Positions 23,241 through 32,000 of a stretch of DNA of 32,000 bases are shown in pieces; within the stretch, counting starts at the first letter, position 1; each line of letters begins with the position of its first letter. The notes beneath the pieces are model-generated. The model was not told the DNA's origin. It did no database searches and worked only from the letters and a program-made list of their open reading frames with translations. Source of the stretch: Methanocaldococcus jannaschii DSM 2661 (GTDB lineage Archaea; AGJL01; Methanococci; Methanococcales; Methanocaldococcaceae); contig NC_000909.1 of assembly GCF_000091665.1 (NCBI RefSeq), positions 1,576,838-1,608,837 of the forward strand, in the 5' to 3' direction. The position numbers and the translations under genes were made by a program.

Positions 23241-25313
23241 TTATAAATCCCCAATTATCGGTTTTAAGATTAATTTTTGTTCTTCAGTAGTAATATTTTT
23301 CAAAATCTTCTTTATTAGCTTTTTATCCTCTTCATTTGCAGAACTATACATTCCAGCAAGCAAATATATAAAATCTTCTAAAAGCTCTGGTCTTTTCTCA
23401 CTAACTTTAAGCAGTATTTTTAAAGCAGAGTTTCTCTTATCTGTATTCAACAACTCCCTAATACTATGTATGTTATTCGGATATTTAAATATAACGTTTG
23501 ATATAACATCTATCATTAATTTATCCTCTCCCCTATAATTACCAATTTCATTAATCAATATTGGAAGAACAAGCTCATTTGGGTAGTTTTTAAAAAATTC
23601 CAAAGCCATTAGTCTTAATTTCTTTGTTGAGTATATCATTTCAGCAATCTTTGGAATTAATAAATTTATTTTTTCTTCATCTAACAATTTCTCATCAATA
23701 AACTTTTTAACCCCATTGATAAAAGCTAATTTTGAATAATAACCTTCCGCCATATTTATAATCTCTCCAATCTTATCAACTCTATTTAAAGATGCATAAA
23801 TCATAATTTTGTTTGCATTTAATACATCTTTATCTTCCATCTCTGCCTTTTCAGTTACCTCCAAAATTTTCTTAGCTAAATTATCATCTATTTTATTGTT
23901 GTTAATCACAATCCCAGACAAATAAGTTATAAGTTCTCCATCTCTTTTAACATCTTCTAAAAACTCATGAATATCTATTAGGTTTAGATTTTTAACCCCT
24001 ATTAATTCCATTGTTCTATAAAATTCATAACCAAGTTTTTCAGATATCTTTAAATCATTATAATGGATATCATTTTTTAAACAAATCTCTGCTACAATCT
24101 CCTCTATCAATCTCATGGCAACATTGCATTTCCTTATTTCCTCTTCCATCATTAACAAATGTCTAAATCCTCCCATAAATTTCTCTTCTTCTAATTTATA
24201 AACTAACTCTTTCAATCGCTTATGTTCATTAATTAAAAATTCTAAATGCTCTTTTTTTGCAAATTCTTTTAATATTCTTAGAGATGATATTTTTAATCCT
24301 AAATTCATCTTTTTTGCATACATCAATGTTTTATTTTCTATATATTTTTTTAACTCATTATTATTTTGAGCTATCTTCTTAAGTTCTCTTATGGCAGCGG
24401 TTTTTGCTTTCCCATATCCATAATTTAAAAATCTAAATAATAAATCAACCTTCTTTTTTGAATCTTTTTTTAATGATATTAATTTAACTCCAACAAACTG
24501 CTTCTCTTCATCCCCAGTATATAAAAAGTCTTTTAAAAACTCTCTATTGTAAAAGTTAGCAGGAAGTTTGATATTTTCTCTTAAAATTATATTTAGGGTA
24601 GTTTTTCCATGAGATTTTAGTAGTGATTTTATTTGCTCATCTGATAACTCAGCTGGAATATCCAATTTTTCAAATAGCTGTTTAAATTTTCTATATAGCT
24701 TCTTATCTTCATCCCCCAATAAGGAGACACTTAAATGACCCCTTAGGATATTTTTTTGTTCGTCAGTTAAAGAATCAACTATATTCAACAATATATTTAT
24801 TGTAAGTTCCCTCTCATCTTTTTCTGAGGAATATAACTTATTAGCTAAGATTTTTAATATCATCTCTGAATTATAATTTTTTAATAAGATTTTTATACTT
24901 TCTTCCATGTTTTTACTTTTTGTATGTTCAAGGATGGCTCTAAAGAAAATATTTCCTTCTTTCATATTTTGTAGGAATAAATAAACTATTTTTTCATCCA
25001 AAGGTTTTTTTGCAATTTCAAGTATTGCCTCTTCAACACTCTCTTTGTTGGTTATTTTCTTTAATATTTCTTCCGCCTCTTTGGCTATAATTCTTTTTTC
25101 ATTTAAATTTAAGAGGATATAATATAGATATCTCTCAATTACCTCGTTATCTAACCTTTTTAAAACCAACAATGCTCTTCTTACATCATCTTTTTTGTTA
25201 GATGTAAATAACTCATCTAAAAAACTTAAAATATCTGAATAACTATTAATTAACTTAGCTAATTTATCATATTTCCCCTGTCTTAAATACTTTAAAAACT
25301 CTTCCCTCTCCAT
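23241..25313 (-). CDS. Large alpha-helical (HEAT/ARM-like) repeat protein
   Basis: About 690 aa from ATG 25313 (MEREEFLKYLRQGKYDKLAKLINSYSD...). It is dominated by amphipathic helical pairs. The first 75 residues in the ORF track look non-coding and overlap the divergent gene. Confidence 0.75.
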   Translation of the reverse strand: MEREEFLKYLRQGKYDKLAKLINSYSDILSFLDELFTSNKKDDVRRALLVLKRLDNEVIERYLYYILLNLNEKRIIAKEAEEILKKITNKESVEEAILEIAKKPLDEKIVYLFLQNMKEGNIFFRAILEHTKSKNMEESIKILLKNYNSEMILKILANKLYSSEKDERELTINILLNIVDSLTDEQKNILRGHLSVSLLGDEDKKLYRKFKQLFEKLDIPAELSDEQIKSLLKSHGKTTLNIILRENIKLPANFYNREFLKDFLYTGDEEKQFVGVKLISLKKDSKKKVDLLFRFLNYGYGKAKTAAIRELKKIAQNNNELKKYIENKTLMYAKKMNLGLKISSLRILKEFAKKEHLEFLINEHKRLKELVYKLEEEKFMGGFRHLLMMEEEIRKCNVAMRLIEEIVAEICLKNDIHYNDLKISEKLGYEFYRTMELIGVKNLNLIDIHEFLEDVKRDGELITYLSGIVINNNKIDDNLAKKILEVTEKAEMEDKDVLNANKIMIYASLNRVDKIGEIINMAEGYYSKLAFINGVKKFIDEKLLDEEKINLLIPKIAEMIYSTKKLRLMALEFFKNYPNELVLPILINEIGNYRGEDKLMIDVISNVIFKYPNNIHSIRELLNTDKRNSALKILLKVSEKRPELLEDFIYLLAGMYSSANEEDKKLIKKILKNITTEEQKLILKPIIGDL

Positions 25314-25368
25314 ATTATCACAATAATAAAATATCCTAAAGAAAAATATAATATTTTCTGGTGAGATT

Positions 25369-27384
25369 ATGAAGAGTGAGATAACTAATGTTGATGTGTG
25401 CTGTGTTGTGGATGAATTACAAAACCTCATTAACGGTAGATTAGATAAAGCGTTTTTGATTGATAATGAGCAAAACAGAGAGTTGATATTAAAAATCCAT
25501 GTTCCTGAGGGCGGGAGTAGAGAGCTTGTTATAAGCATTGGTAAATATAAGTATATAACTTTAACAAATTATGAGAGGGAAAAACCAAAACTTCCACCCT
25601 CTTTTGCCATGTTATTAAGAAAATATTTAAAAAATGCCAAATTAATAAAAATTGAGCAGGTAAATTTTGATAGAGTAGTTATTTTCCACTTTGAAACAAG
25701 AGATGGGATTTATAAATTGGTTGCTGAGCTGTTTGGGGATGGAAATATCATATTTTTAAATAATGAGGATACAATTATAGCTCCGCTTAGGGTTGAGAGA
25801 TGGAGTACGAGAAATATAGTCCCTAAGGAAAAATACAAATTCCCTCCACAAAAGCCACTAAATCCATATAATTTAGAGTTTTCTATCGCCTATGAGGTTT
25901 TTAAAGATTATTTCTTGAATAATAAAGGGGTTGAATGCGTTAGATTAATATCAAGAGTCTTTGGTATTGGAGGACTTTACGCTGAAGAGATTTGTGAAAG
26001 AGCTGAAATAGACAAGAAAAAGAGAGATTTAAGTGAAGAAGAAATTAAAAAGCTCTTTGAAGCTTCTAAAAATCTATTTGATGAAATTTTTAACAATAGA
26101 AAGCCACAGATTGTTTTAAAGGATAATGAATACTTTGACGTTGTGCCTATTGATTTAAAAAAATACAAAGGTTTAGAGAAAAAGTACTATAACAGCTTTT
26201 TAGAGGCTGTTGATGACTACTTTGCCAAATTTTTAACAAAAGTTGTAGTTAAAAAAGAAAAATCAAAAATTGAGAAAGAAATTGAGAGACAAGAAAATAT
26301 ATTGAGAAGGCAGTTAGAGACATTGAAGAAGTATAAAGAAGATGCAGAGAAAAACCAAATTAAAGGGGATTTAATTTATGCAAACTATCAAATTGTTGAA
26401 GAATTGCTGAATGCTATAAGGCAGGCAAGAGAAAAAATGGATTGGGCAAGAATAAAAAAGATAATTAGAGAAAATAAAGAGCATCCAATTTTAGGATTGA
26501 TTGAAAATATAAATGAAAATATTGGAGAGATAATTATTAGATTAAAATCTGAGGTTGATGATAAAGTTATAGAAGAAAGAGTTTCTTTAGATATAAGAAA
26601 AAATGCATTTGAAAATGCTGAAAGCTACTATGAAAAGGCTAAAAAGTTGAGAAATAAAATTGAAGGAATAGAAAATGCTATTGAGCTAACTAAAAAGAAG
26701 ATAGAAGAGCTTAAAAAGAAAGGAGAGGAAGAGTTGAAAGAAAAAGAATCCATGCAGATGAAGAAAAAAATTAGGAAGGAAAGAAAGTGGTATGAGAAAT
26801 TTAAATGGACTGTTATTAATGGATTCTTAGTTATTGCTGGAAAAGATGCAATAACAAACGAGATTATTATCAAAAAATATACTGATAAAGATGATATTGT
26901 ATTCCACGCAGATATCCAAGGGGCTCCATTCACAGTTATAAAAACTCAAGGTAAAGAGGTTGATGAAGAGACATTGGAAGAGGTTGCTAAATTCTCCGTC
27001 TCTCATTCAAGGGCTTGGAAGCTTGGATATGGGGCTATAGATACCTACTGGGTTAAGCCAGAGCAGATATCAAAAACAGCTGAGAGTGGGGAATATTTAA
27101 AAAGAGGGGCATTTGTAATTAGAGGAGAGAGGCATTATTATAGAAATACACCTTTAGAATTAGGTGTTGGAGTTATTGAATACGATGGAGATGTAAAAAT
27201 AACAACAGCACCTCCAAAAACTTTACAAAAGAGTTTTATTAAGTGGGTTTTATTAAAACCTTCAAATAAGGAGAAGGGAAAGGTTGTTAAAGAGTTAAAA
27301 GAGATATTTAAAGATTACGGAATTGATGATGAAGATATTTTGAGAGTTCTTCCTCCCGGGGGATGCGAAATAGTTAAAAAATAA
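25369..27384 (+). CDS. NFACT/Rqc2 (NEMF, FbpA-like) family protein
   Basis: 671 aa; N-terminal VDVCCVVDELQNLINGRLDKAFL, coiled coil, C-terminal KWYEKFKWTVINGFLVIAGKDAITNEIIIKKYTDKDDIVFHADIQGAPFTVIK (NFACT-R). Confidence 0.9.
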   Translation: MKSEITNVDVCCVVDELQNLINGRLDKAFLIDNEQNRELILKIHVPEGGSRELVISIGKYKYITLTNYEREKPKLPPSFAMLLRKYLKNAKLIKIEQVNFDRVVIFHFETRDGIYKLVAELFGDGNIIFLNNEDTIIAPLRVERWSTRNIVPKEKYKFPPQKPLNPYNLEFSIAYEVFKDYFLNNKGVECVRLISRVFGIGGLYAEEICERAEIDKKKRDLSEEEIKKLFEASKNLFDEIFNNRKPQIVLKDNEYFDVVPIDLKKYKGLEKKYYNSFLEAVDDYFAKFLTKVVVKKEKSKIEKEIERQENILRRQLETLKKYKEDAEKNQIKGDLIYANYQIVEELLNAIRQAREKMDWARIKKIIRENKEHPILGLIENINENIGEIIIRLKSEVDDKVIEERVSLDIRKNAFENAESYYEKAKKLRNKIEGIENAIELTKKKIEELKKKGEEELKEKESMQMKKKIRKERKWYEKFKWTVINGFLVIAGKDAITNEIIIKKYTDKDDIVFHADIQGAPFTVIKTQGKEVDEETLEEVAKFSVSHSRAWKLGYGAIDTYWVKPEQISKTAESGEYLKRGAFVIRGERHYYRNTPLELGVGVIEYDGDVKITTAPPKTLQKSFIKWVLLKPSNKEKGKVVKELKEIFKDYGIDDEDILRVLPPGGCEIVKK

Positions 27385-27840
27385 TTATTTATTTTCAACT
27401 AACTCAACTATAACTTTTTTTAATGAGTTTCCAAATGGACAGTTTATTTTCTCATTTAAAACCTGTTTTATTTTGTATTTTTCCCCTTCTTTTATTCCCT
27501 CGGAATTGCAAAAACTATAATACTCGCAATCAAAGTTATCACAAGTTATTGGTTCATGATTTAAAACAACTCCTTCAAGTGCCTTTTTTGACTCAATCAT
27601 AATTGTCAAATCAGCTAACACTACTTCAACAACCTTAACTCCTCCCTCATGAACTATACAAGGATGATTTGCTGACCTAACTGAGACTATCTTATATTTC
27701 CTTCCTACTTCCAAATTTCCATGGCATAGTCTTTTAAACTTGCAATTTTTACACTCTTCAATCTCGCCTAAGTATATAAACTCTCCTCCCGTCTTTGCTA
27801 ATTTACTACCAATTAGAGTTATTTTGCTCTCTTTGCTCAT
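27385..27840 (-). CDS. UPF0179-family Cys-rich protein
   Basis: 151 aa; [29 protein letters not shown]...[25 protein letters not shown]. Confidence 0.8.
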   Translation of the reverse strand: MSKESKITLIGSKLAKTGGEFIYLGEIEECKNCKFKRLCHGNLEVGRKYKIVSVRSANHPCIVHEGGVKVVEVVLADLTIMIESKKALEGVVLNHEPITCDNFDCEYYSFCNSEGIKEGEKYKIKQVLNEKINCPFGNSLKKVIVELVENK

Positions 27841-27937
27841 AATTATCCCAATCAGAATTAAATGTTAAATGTTGATAACGATACAAAATTAATATTTACT
27901 TCATTATTTAAAATAAATGTGTTTCTATGACAAAAAT

Positions 27938-29284
27938 TCATTCCCGTATTTTTACTCCAATAAACTTAGATGCCAACTCTAAATAATATCTCCCCAACTC
28001 CTCCCTAAAATAAGTTAAGTCAAGATATTTAGCTTTATGGTCTTCTAAGTAAATAGCCCTATCTCCCAAAGCAGTTAATAAATCCAACGAACTTGTAACT
28101 ATAATAAAAGAGCTATCTCCTAATTTTTCTCTATCTTCCATAATTATCTCAGCCAACGATTTAACTCCTTCAAACCACTTACTTAAGACACCACTAACTA
28201 ATAAATTAACCGCTGAATTATCCTCATCTATTAAAATAAGCTTAGTTTTATTTTTTATAGCTCTTTGTATCTGATAAGCCATATACATTGAGCCAGAGGC
28301 AGTTCCATAAACTGCTTTAGGGCTTCCTTTAATTCCTGGAGGGAGTTTTTGGAAAAATAGGCTTATATCCTGCCCACTCATTTCCATACTCCCAGTTGAT
28401 GCCTTAGATAAACTTTTAGTGGTTATTATAAATTCCCTCCCATCTCCAATTAAATGGTCGTCTCTCCCACTATCTATTGCCTGCAGAAGGGTTGTTTTTC
28501 CCTGAGCATTTCTTCCGGTTATTATAAATATCTCCTTCTTTTTTATCCCTAATCCTTTAACTTTTTTACCATATTTAAGCTCTATCTCTATAGGTTCAAG
28601 TTCTTCTGGACATTCAAAAGGAATATTTACATCTTTAGGCCCTGCTATCCTATAATGCCTTCTAACTTCAGTGTATTTCCTTGCCGGCTTTGAATTATTT
28701 GCTATAAAGCAAACTAAACCAAGCTCATCCAACTTGTCCCTAAGGTATTTTTGATTTATTATATTTTTAGCTTCATCAATTAATAAATCAATTGGAATTT
28801 TTTTAATGAACTTATCTAAGTCATTACAAAGTTCATTGATTTGTTTAACAATTTCTTTACTGTCTTTTTCTTTAAAAATCATTCTAAGCATTAAATAAAT
28901 TTTATCTCCTTCGATGTAGTTGTATTTATCAACTTTCCACAAGTCATAACCCAAATTTAAATTACAATTGACTACTGTTAAAGGTTCATAAAGAGCTTTA
29001 TATATTCTACCAAAATATCCAGCTAAAGGAAGAAATCTCTTTTTCTTAATTATTTCCTGCTTTATCTCTTCAATAACTCTTTGTGTAGCTCCTTCTATTC
29101 CATCCTTATATTCAGAAAGTTTTAAAAAATTTTTATTTTCAAAAACAAAGGGAAGAACTACTTTTATATTACCATCTGGCTGTTTTACTGCATAATATAG
29201 CTTATTTTTATTACTTTTAGTTAAAAGAGTGGTGTTTAGAAATTCATTTCCTTTTAAATTGTTTATAACCTCATCTACAAACAT
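27938..29284 (-). CDS. Predicted ABC-class ATPase (PF09818-like)
   Basis: 448 aa; Walker A IITGRNAQGKTTLLQAID, signature-like STGSMEMSGQD, Walker B KLILIDEDNSAVNLLV. Confidence 0.75.
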   Translation of the reverse strand: MFVDEVINNLKGNEFLNTTLLTKSNKNKLYYAVKQPDGNIKVVLPFVFENKNFLKLSEYKDGIEGATQRVIEEIKQEIIKKKRFLPLAGYFGRIYKALYEPLTVVNCNLNLGYDLWKVDKYNYIEGDKIYLMLRMIFKEKDSKEIVKQINELCNDLDKFIKKIPIDLLIDEAKNIINQKYLRDKLDELGLVCFIANNSKPARKYTEVRRHYRIAGPKDVNIPFECPEELEPIEIELKYGKKVKGLGIKKKEIFIITGRNAQGKTTLLQAIDSGRDDHLIGDGREFIITTKSLSKASTGSMEMSGQDISLFFQKLPPGIKGSPKAVYGTASGSMYMAYQIQRAIKNKTKLILIDEDNSAVNLLVSGVLSKWFEGVKSLAEIIMEDREKLGDSSFIIVTSSLDLLTALGDRAIYLEDHKAKYLDLTYFREELGRYYLELASKFIGVKIRE

Positions 29285-29331
29285 AAAAATCCCTAATAAT
29301 TTTTAATTATAAAGATAATAAAATTTAAAGA

Positions 29332-29471
29332 TTTAATAAATAACGCCTCTCAGACAGTGCCGGAACCATAGGGCTACCGCCCTATTGGTATACCCAGGGA
29401 TGCATCATCTCGCTACGCTCGATGATGCCTCTTAAAATTTTTTAATAAATAATACCTCTCAGACAGTGCCG
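29332..29471. repeat. Hairpin element copy D flanked by 31-bp direct repeats
   Basis: Direct repeats 29332-29362 and 29441-29471 (29/31). Between them are 29368-29385 atagggc-tacc-gccctat and 29402-29428 gcatcatc-tcgctacgctc-gatgatgc. Confidence 0.85.
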
Positions 29472-29571
29472 ATTTCTTCATCCCAAAAAGGTCAGTGGGG
29501 GTAACTTTCATCATCGAGGTTAAAATATTTGGTAGTTATACCGTAATAACTTTATTCTTATTCTTGATGTA

Positions 29572-30450
29572 TTATCCAAACAACTCATTAATATCTTTTC
29601 CTTGCTTAATCTCTTTTCTATATGCCTCTAACAATAAATTCTTTTCTCCTAAAAATTCAGCAACTGTTTTAAAATCAACATTAATCTTTTCTCTAAACTT
29701 TTTATCCCTCAATAAATGGTGGTCAATTATAAGTTCAGCCCCAGTATTTTCAACTATATATTTTAAGTTTTCGTTTGTCTTTTCTAAATTCTTTTTTCCA
29801 TATCTATGCATCAAATATGTTGGCGGGCCTCCCATAAGTATTAGATTAGGTTTTTCTTTAATTATGTAATCTCTAATATCATCAAATATTATTCCCTGAG
29901 TATCAGAGGTGTGCATAAATTTAAACTTCCCCTCTTTAACTGTTGTTATTAAGACATATCCCAATTTATCATCCCTACCATGTGGGAATGGAGGGGAAAA
30001 TTTTATTTCTGTCTTCCCAAATTTAAATGTTTTGTTGTCAGCAAATTCAATCTTTTTTGCAATATCTTTAACGCTCTCTAAGAATTTTTTTGCCCTATTC
30101 ATCTGACTTTTATTTATAAACTCAGTTGGATGTTTTATTAATAGAATTTTGTCTTTGTATAGTTCTTTAGCATAATCCTTTGATTCCAAGTATATATCAT
30201 CAAAAAATGGAGTGTAGTGGTCGTAATGGTAATGGGAGATAGTTATAACATTAGATTTTTTCGCATAGTCGTTGATTTTATTTCTCATCTCTCTCAATTT
30301 TTCAAATTCTATATCATTTGGCTTTAAACCATATCTATCTGGAGCTAAGGCAACTCCTGGGTCTATTAAAATCCCCACATCCTTTGTTTTAACATAGGTT
30401 GCTAAAGACCTAACCCCCAAGCTTTCAGAAGCTAAGGGAATGACTTTCAT
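29572..30450 (-). CDS. Metallo-beta-lactamase-fold protein (UPF0282-like)
   Basis: 292 aa; VITISHYHYDHYTPF, HTSDTQGI, LIIDHHLLRDK. Confidence 0.88.
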   Translation of the reverse strand: MKVIPLASESLGVRSLATYVKTKDVGILIDPGVALAPDRYGLKPNDIEFEKLREMRNKINDYAKKSNVITISHYHYDHYTPFFDDIYLESKDYAKELYKDKILLIKHPTEFINKSQMNRAKKFLESVKDIAKKIEFADNKTFKFGKTEIKFSPPFPHGRDDKLGYVLITTVKEGKFKFMHTSDTQGIIFDDIRDYIIKEKPNLILMGGPPTYLMHRYGKKNLEKTNENLKYIVENTGAELIIDHHLLRDKKFREKINVDFKTVAEFLGEKNLLLEAYRKEIKQGKDINELFG

Positions 30451-30483
30451 AGTTCCACCACTTTTTTAGAAAAATTTAAAAAT

Positions 30484-32000
30484 TTATCCTATCTTAAAGA
30501 AGTCACTCAACTTAACCTGTCTGCTTTTTTCATTTTCAAATATTGAATTAATCCCCTCTTTAATAATCTTTAATCTTTGTTTTATATAATCATTTACATT
30601 ATATTCCTCAGCCATCTTCTCTGCAACATCCATATACTTCTCAACAGCTCCCTTTGAGACAGTTAATATTAAATTAGAGCCACATTTTGGACACTTCCCT
30701 TTCAAAGGTATTCTTCTATACTTAGCTCCACATTTACATCTAACTGCCTGCCTTGAGAAAGCCCTTAAATTCCCAATTAAATCTGGGATGAAGTGGGATT
30801 GAATAACCTTCTCAGCAACATCTCTTTCATCTGTAGCCCTAATTTTCTTAGCAACTGATAATTGGGAAGTGGTTTTTTCTAACATTGAACCTAATGTTTT
30901 ATAAGCACAAACCTTCGGCCCTAAGTCAATTCTTGATGTTTCGTGAGTATAGCCAATACCTTCATACTGCTCTGGCTTTCCTAATCTATCTTCAACTGTC
31001 TCCATAAACTCCTTAACTTCTTTCGGTGAAGGCATTTCTAAGGTTTTTTCATAAAACTCTAATGGATAGCTCCACATTGTATCCATATTATGAACTTCTC
31101 CATCAACTTCCTTTGGGTCTAATATGGTTGTTAAGACTAATGGGGCATCCATCTGTCCTCCTCTCTTATCTGGTAGGAATTTTTTGGAGAAGTTCAAAAA
31201 CGCGTCTAATAGCAAAAAGAAAGAATCTTCGTCCCCGTCACAGTTTCTTCTCTTTGCAGCATGGAAATAAGGATGAGCATAACCAACATTTGCTTTTGTA
31301 TAACCAATTATTCTTCCAACCATTCCAGCAGATGTGTGGGGAGCCATTCCAATGACTAAATGCCCAATTAAATCCTCTTTTTTCTTTACGTTGTAAAACC
31401 TTTCAACTTTATAAAACTTCTCCAATAAATCATCTATAAAATTAGCTACCTTAACAAAATACTCTGCACAACTCTCTGGGATGATAACATCTTGTGGTTT
31501 TAGCTCAACGACCTGCTCCCCATCAACTAACTCATTGCCATAAATATCTTTATCATAGCCAAGCTCTCTCAATTTTTCAACAGTAACGTTTATCTCATTT
31601 GGTTTAAAGTGGGTTACTGGCACATCTGTGCAATCAAACCTTGTAGTTCCGTCTTTAAAGACATAAACCTCATTTATCGCCCTCAATATAGCTTTTTCTA
31701 ATGGTTCAACAATCTTCTGCTTGGATGTCATCCCTTTAATACACTTAACATCTCCTGGCTTGTTTATACCCAATCTCTTTAAAGCGGCATACCAATAATC
31801 TTTTAATGGAGCTTTAATTCTTCCAAAGTTATCTAACTCTACCTTAGTTCCACAGAATGGGCAAACTCTATATAATGAAATTTTTCCACAATTTGGACAT
31901 CTTGTGTAAGAAACATCAACATCATCTGTATTGTTTTCCTCAACTGCCTTGTTTATCAATCTCACTTGCCCTCCAGCATTACCTATTGGGAATAAACCAT
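30484..32000 (-). CDS. polC: DNA polymerase D (polymerase II) large subunit DP2, C-terminal part (runs off window end)
   Basis: Open to the window edge on the minus strand (...[22 protein letters not shown]...); [44 protein letters not shown]; C-terminal Cys4 zinc motif [20 protein letters not shown]. Confidence 0.95.

Noticed and set aside
23206-23538. ORF MPLNYAYEGNGSYKSPIIGF... running from copy C into the helical-repeat gene.
   Set aside because: Mostly antisense to a supported gene; the intergenic part is the hairpin element and its flank.
25314-25538. N-terminal extension of the helical-repeat protein in the ORF track.
   Set aside because: It overlaps the 5' end of the divergent NFACT gene and has non-coding composition; ATG 25313 is a better start.
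29332-29471. Possible CRISPR array from two 31-bp repeats.
   Set aside because: There are only two copies and they differ at two positions. The 78-bp 'spacer' contains two hairpins shared with other loci, and no third repeat or cas gene is present.
29495-30106. Plus-strand ORFs 29495-29869 and 29909-30106.
   Set aside because: Both overlap the UPF0282 gene on the opposite strand, apart from a short non-coding lead-in.

Overview
This 32 kb window is AT-rich archaeal DNA. Gene content, protein sequences and order look like Methanocaldococcus, very close to M. jannaschii; this is from memory, not a database search. The left half is a central-carbon and glycogen block: rpiA (partial), ADP-dependent 6-phosphofructokinase/glucokinase, archaeal pgi, glgA, a GT4 glycosyltransferase, GH15 glucoamylase, GH57 amylase and apgM. 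It is followed by cbiZ, a TIM-barrel protein, a possible CheF-like protein, guaB, a cupin, birA and a B12-binding/radical SAM protein. An accessory stretch at about 19.2-21.1 kb holds a decayed polysaccharide-flippase gene and a disrupted IS982-like transposase. The right part carries a FIST plus winged-helix protein, a small Toprim protein, a helical-repeat protein, an NFACT/Rqc2 homolog, a UPF0179 protein, a PF09818-like ABC-class ATPase, a UPF0282 metallo-beta-lactamase-fold protein and a partial DNA polymerase D large subunit. The most interesting signal is non-coding. A small dispersed family of GC-rich hairpin elements occurs near 7.46-7.62, 23.18-23.22 and 29.34-29.47 kb, with a possible relative at 20.28-20.32 kb. 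Two of them share an identical 11-nt loop (TCGCTACGCTC) on stems of different but complementary sequence, and two share a second hairpin module (CCATAGGGC...GCCCTATTGGTA). In two places the 3' coding end of a gene, including its stop codon, is duplicated downstream across a short spacer. For the Toprim gene all 13 codons encode identical residues despite nine synonymous or stop-codon changes. This could be a trace of an element that inserts at gene 3' ends and regenerates the C-terminus. No CRISPR array, tRNA or rRNA was recognised.
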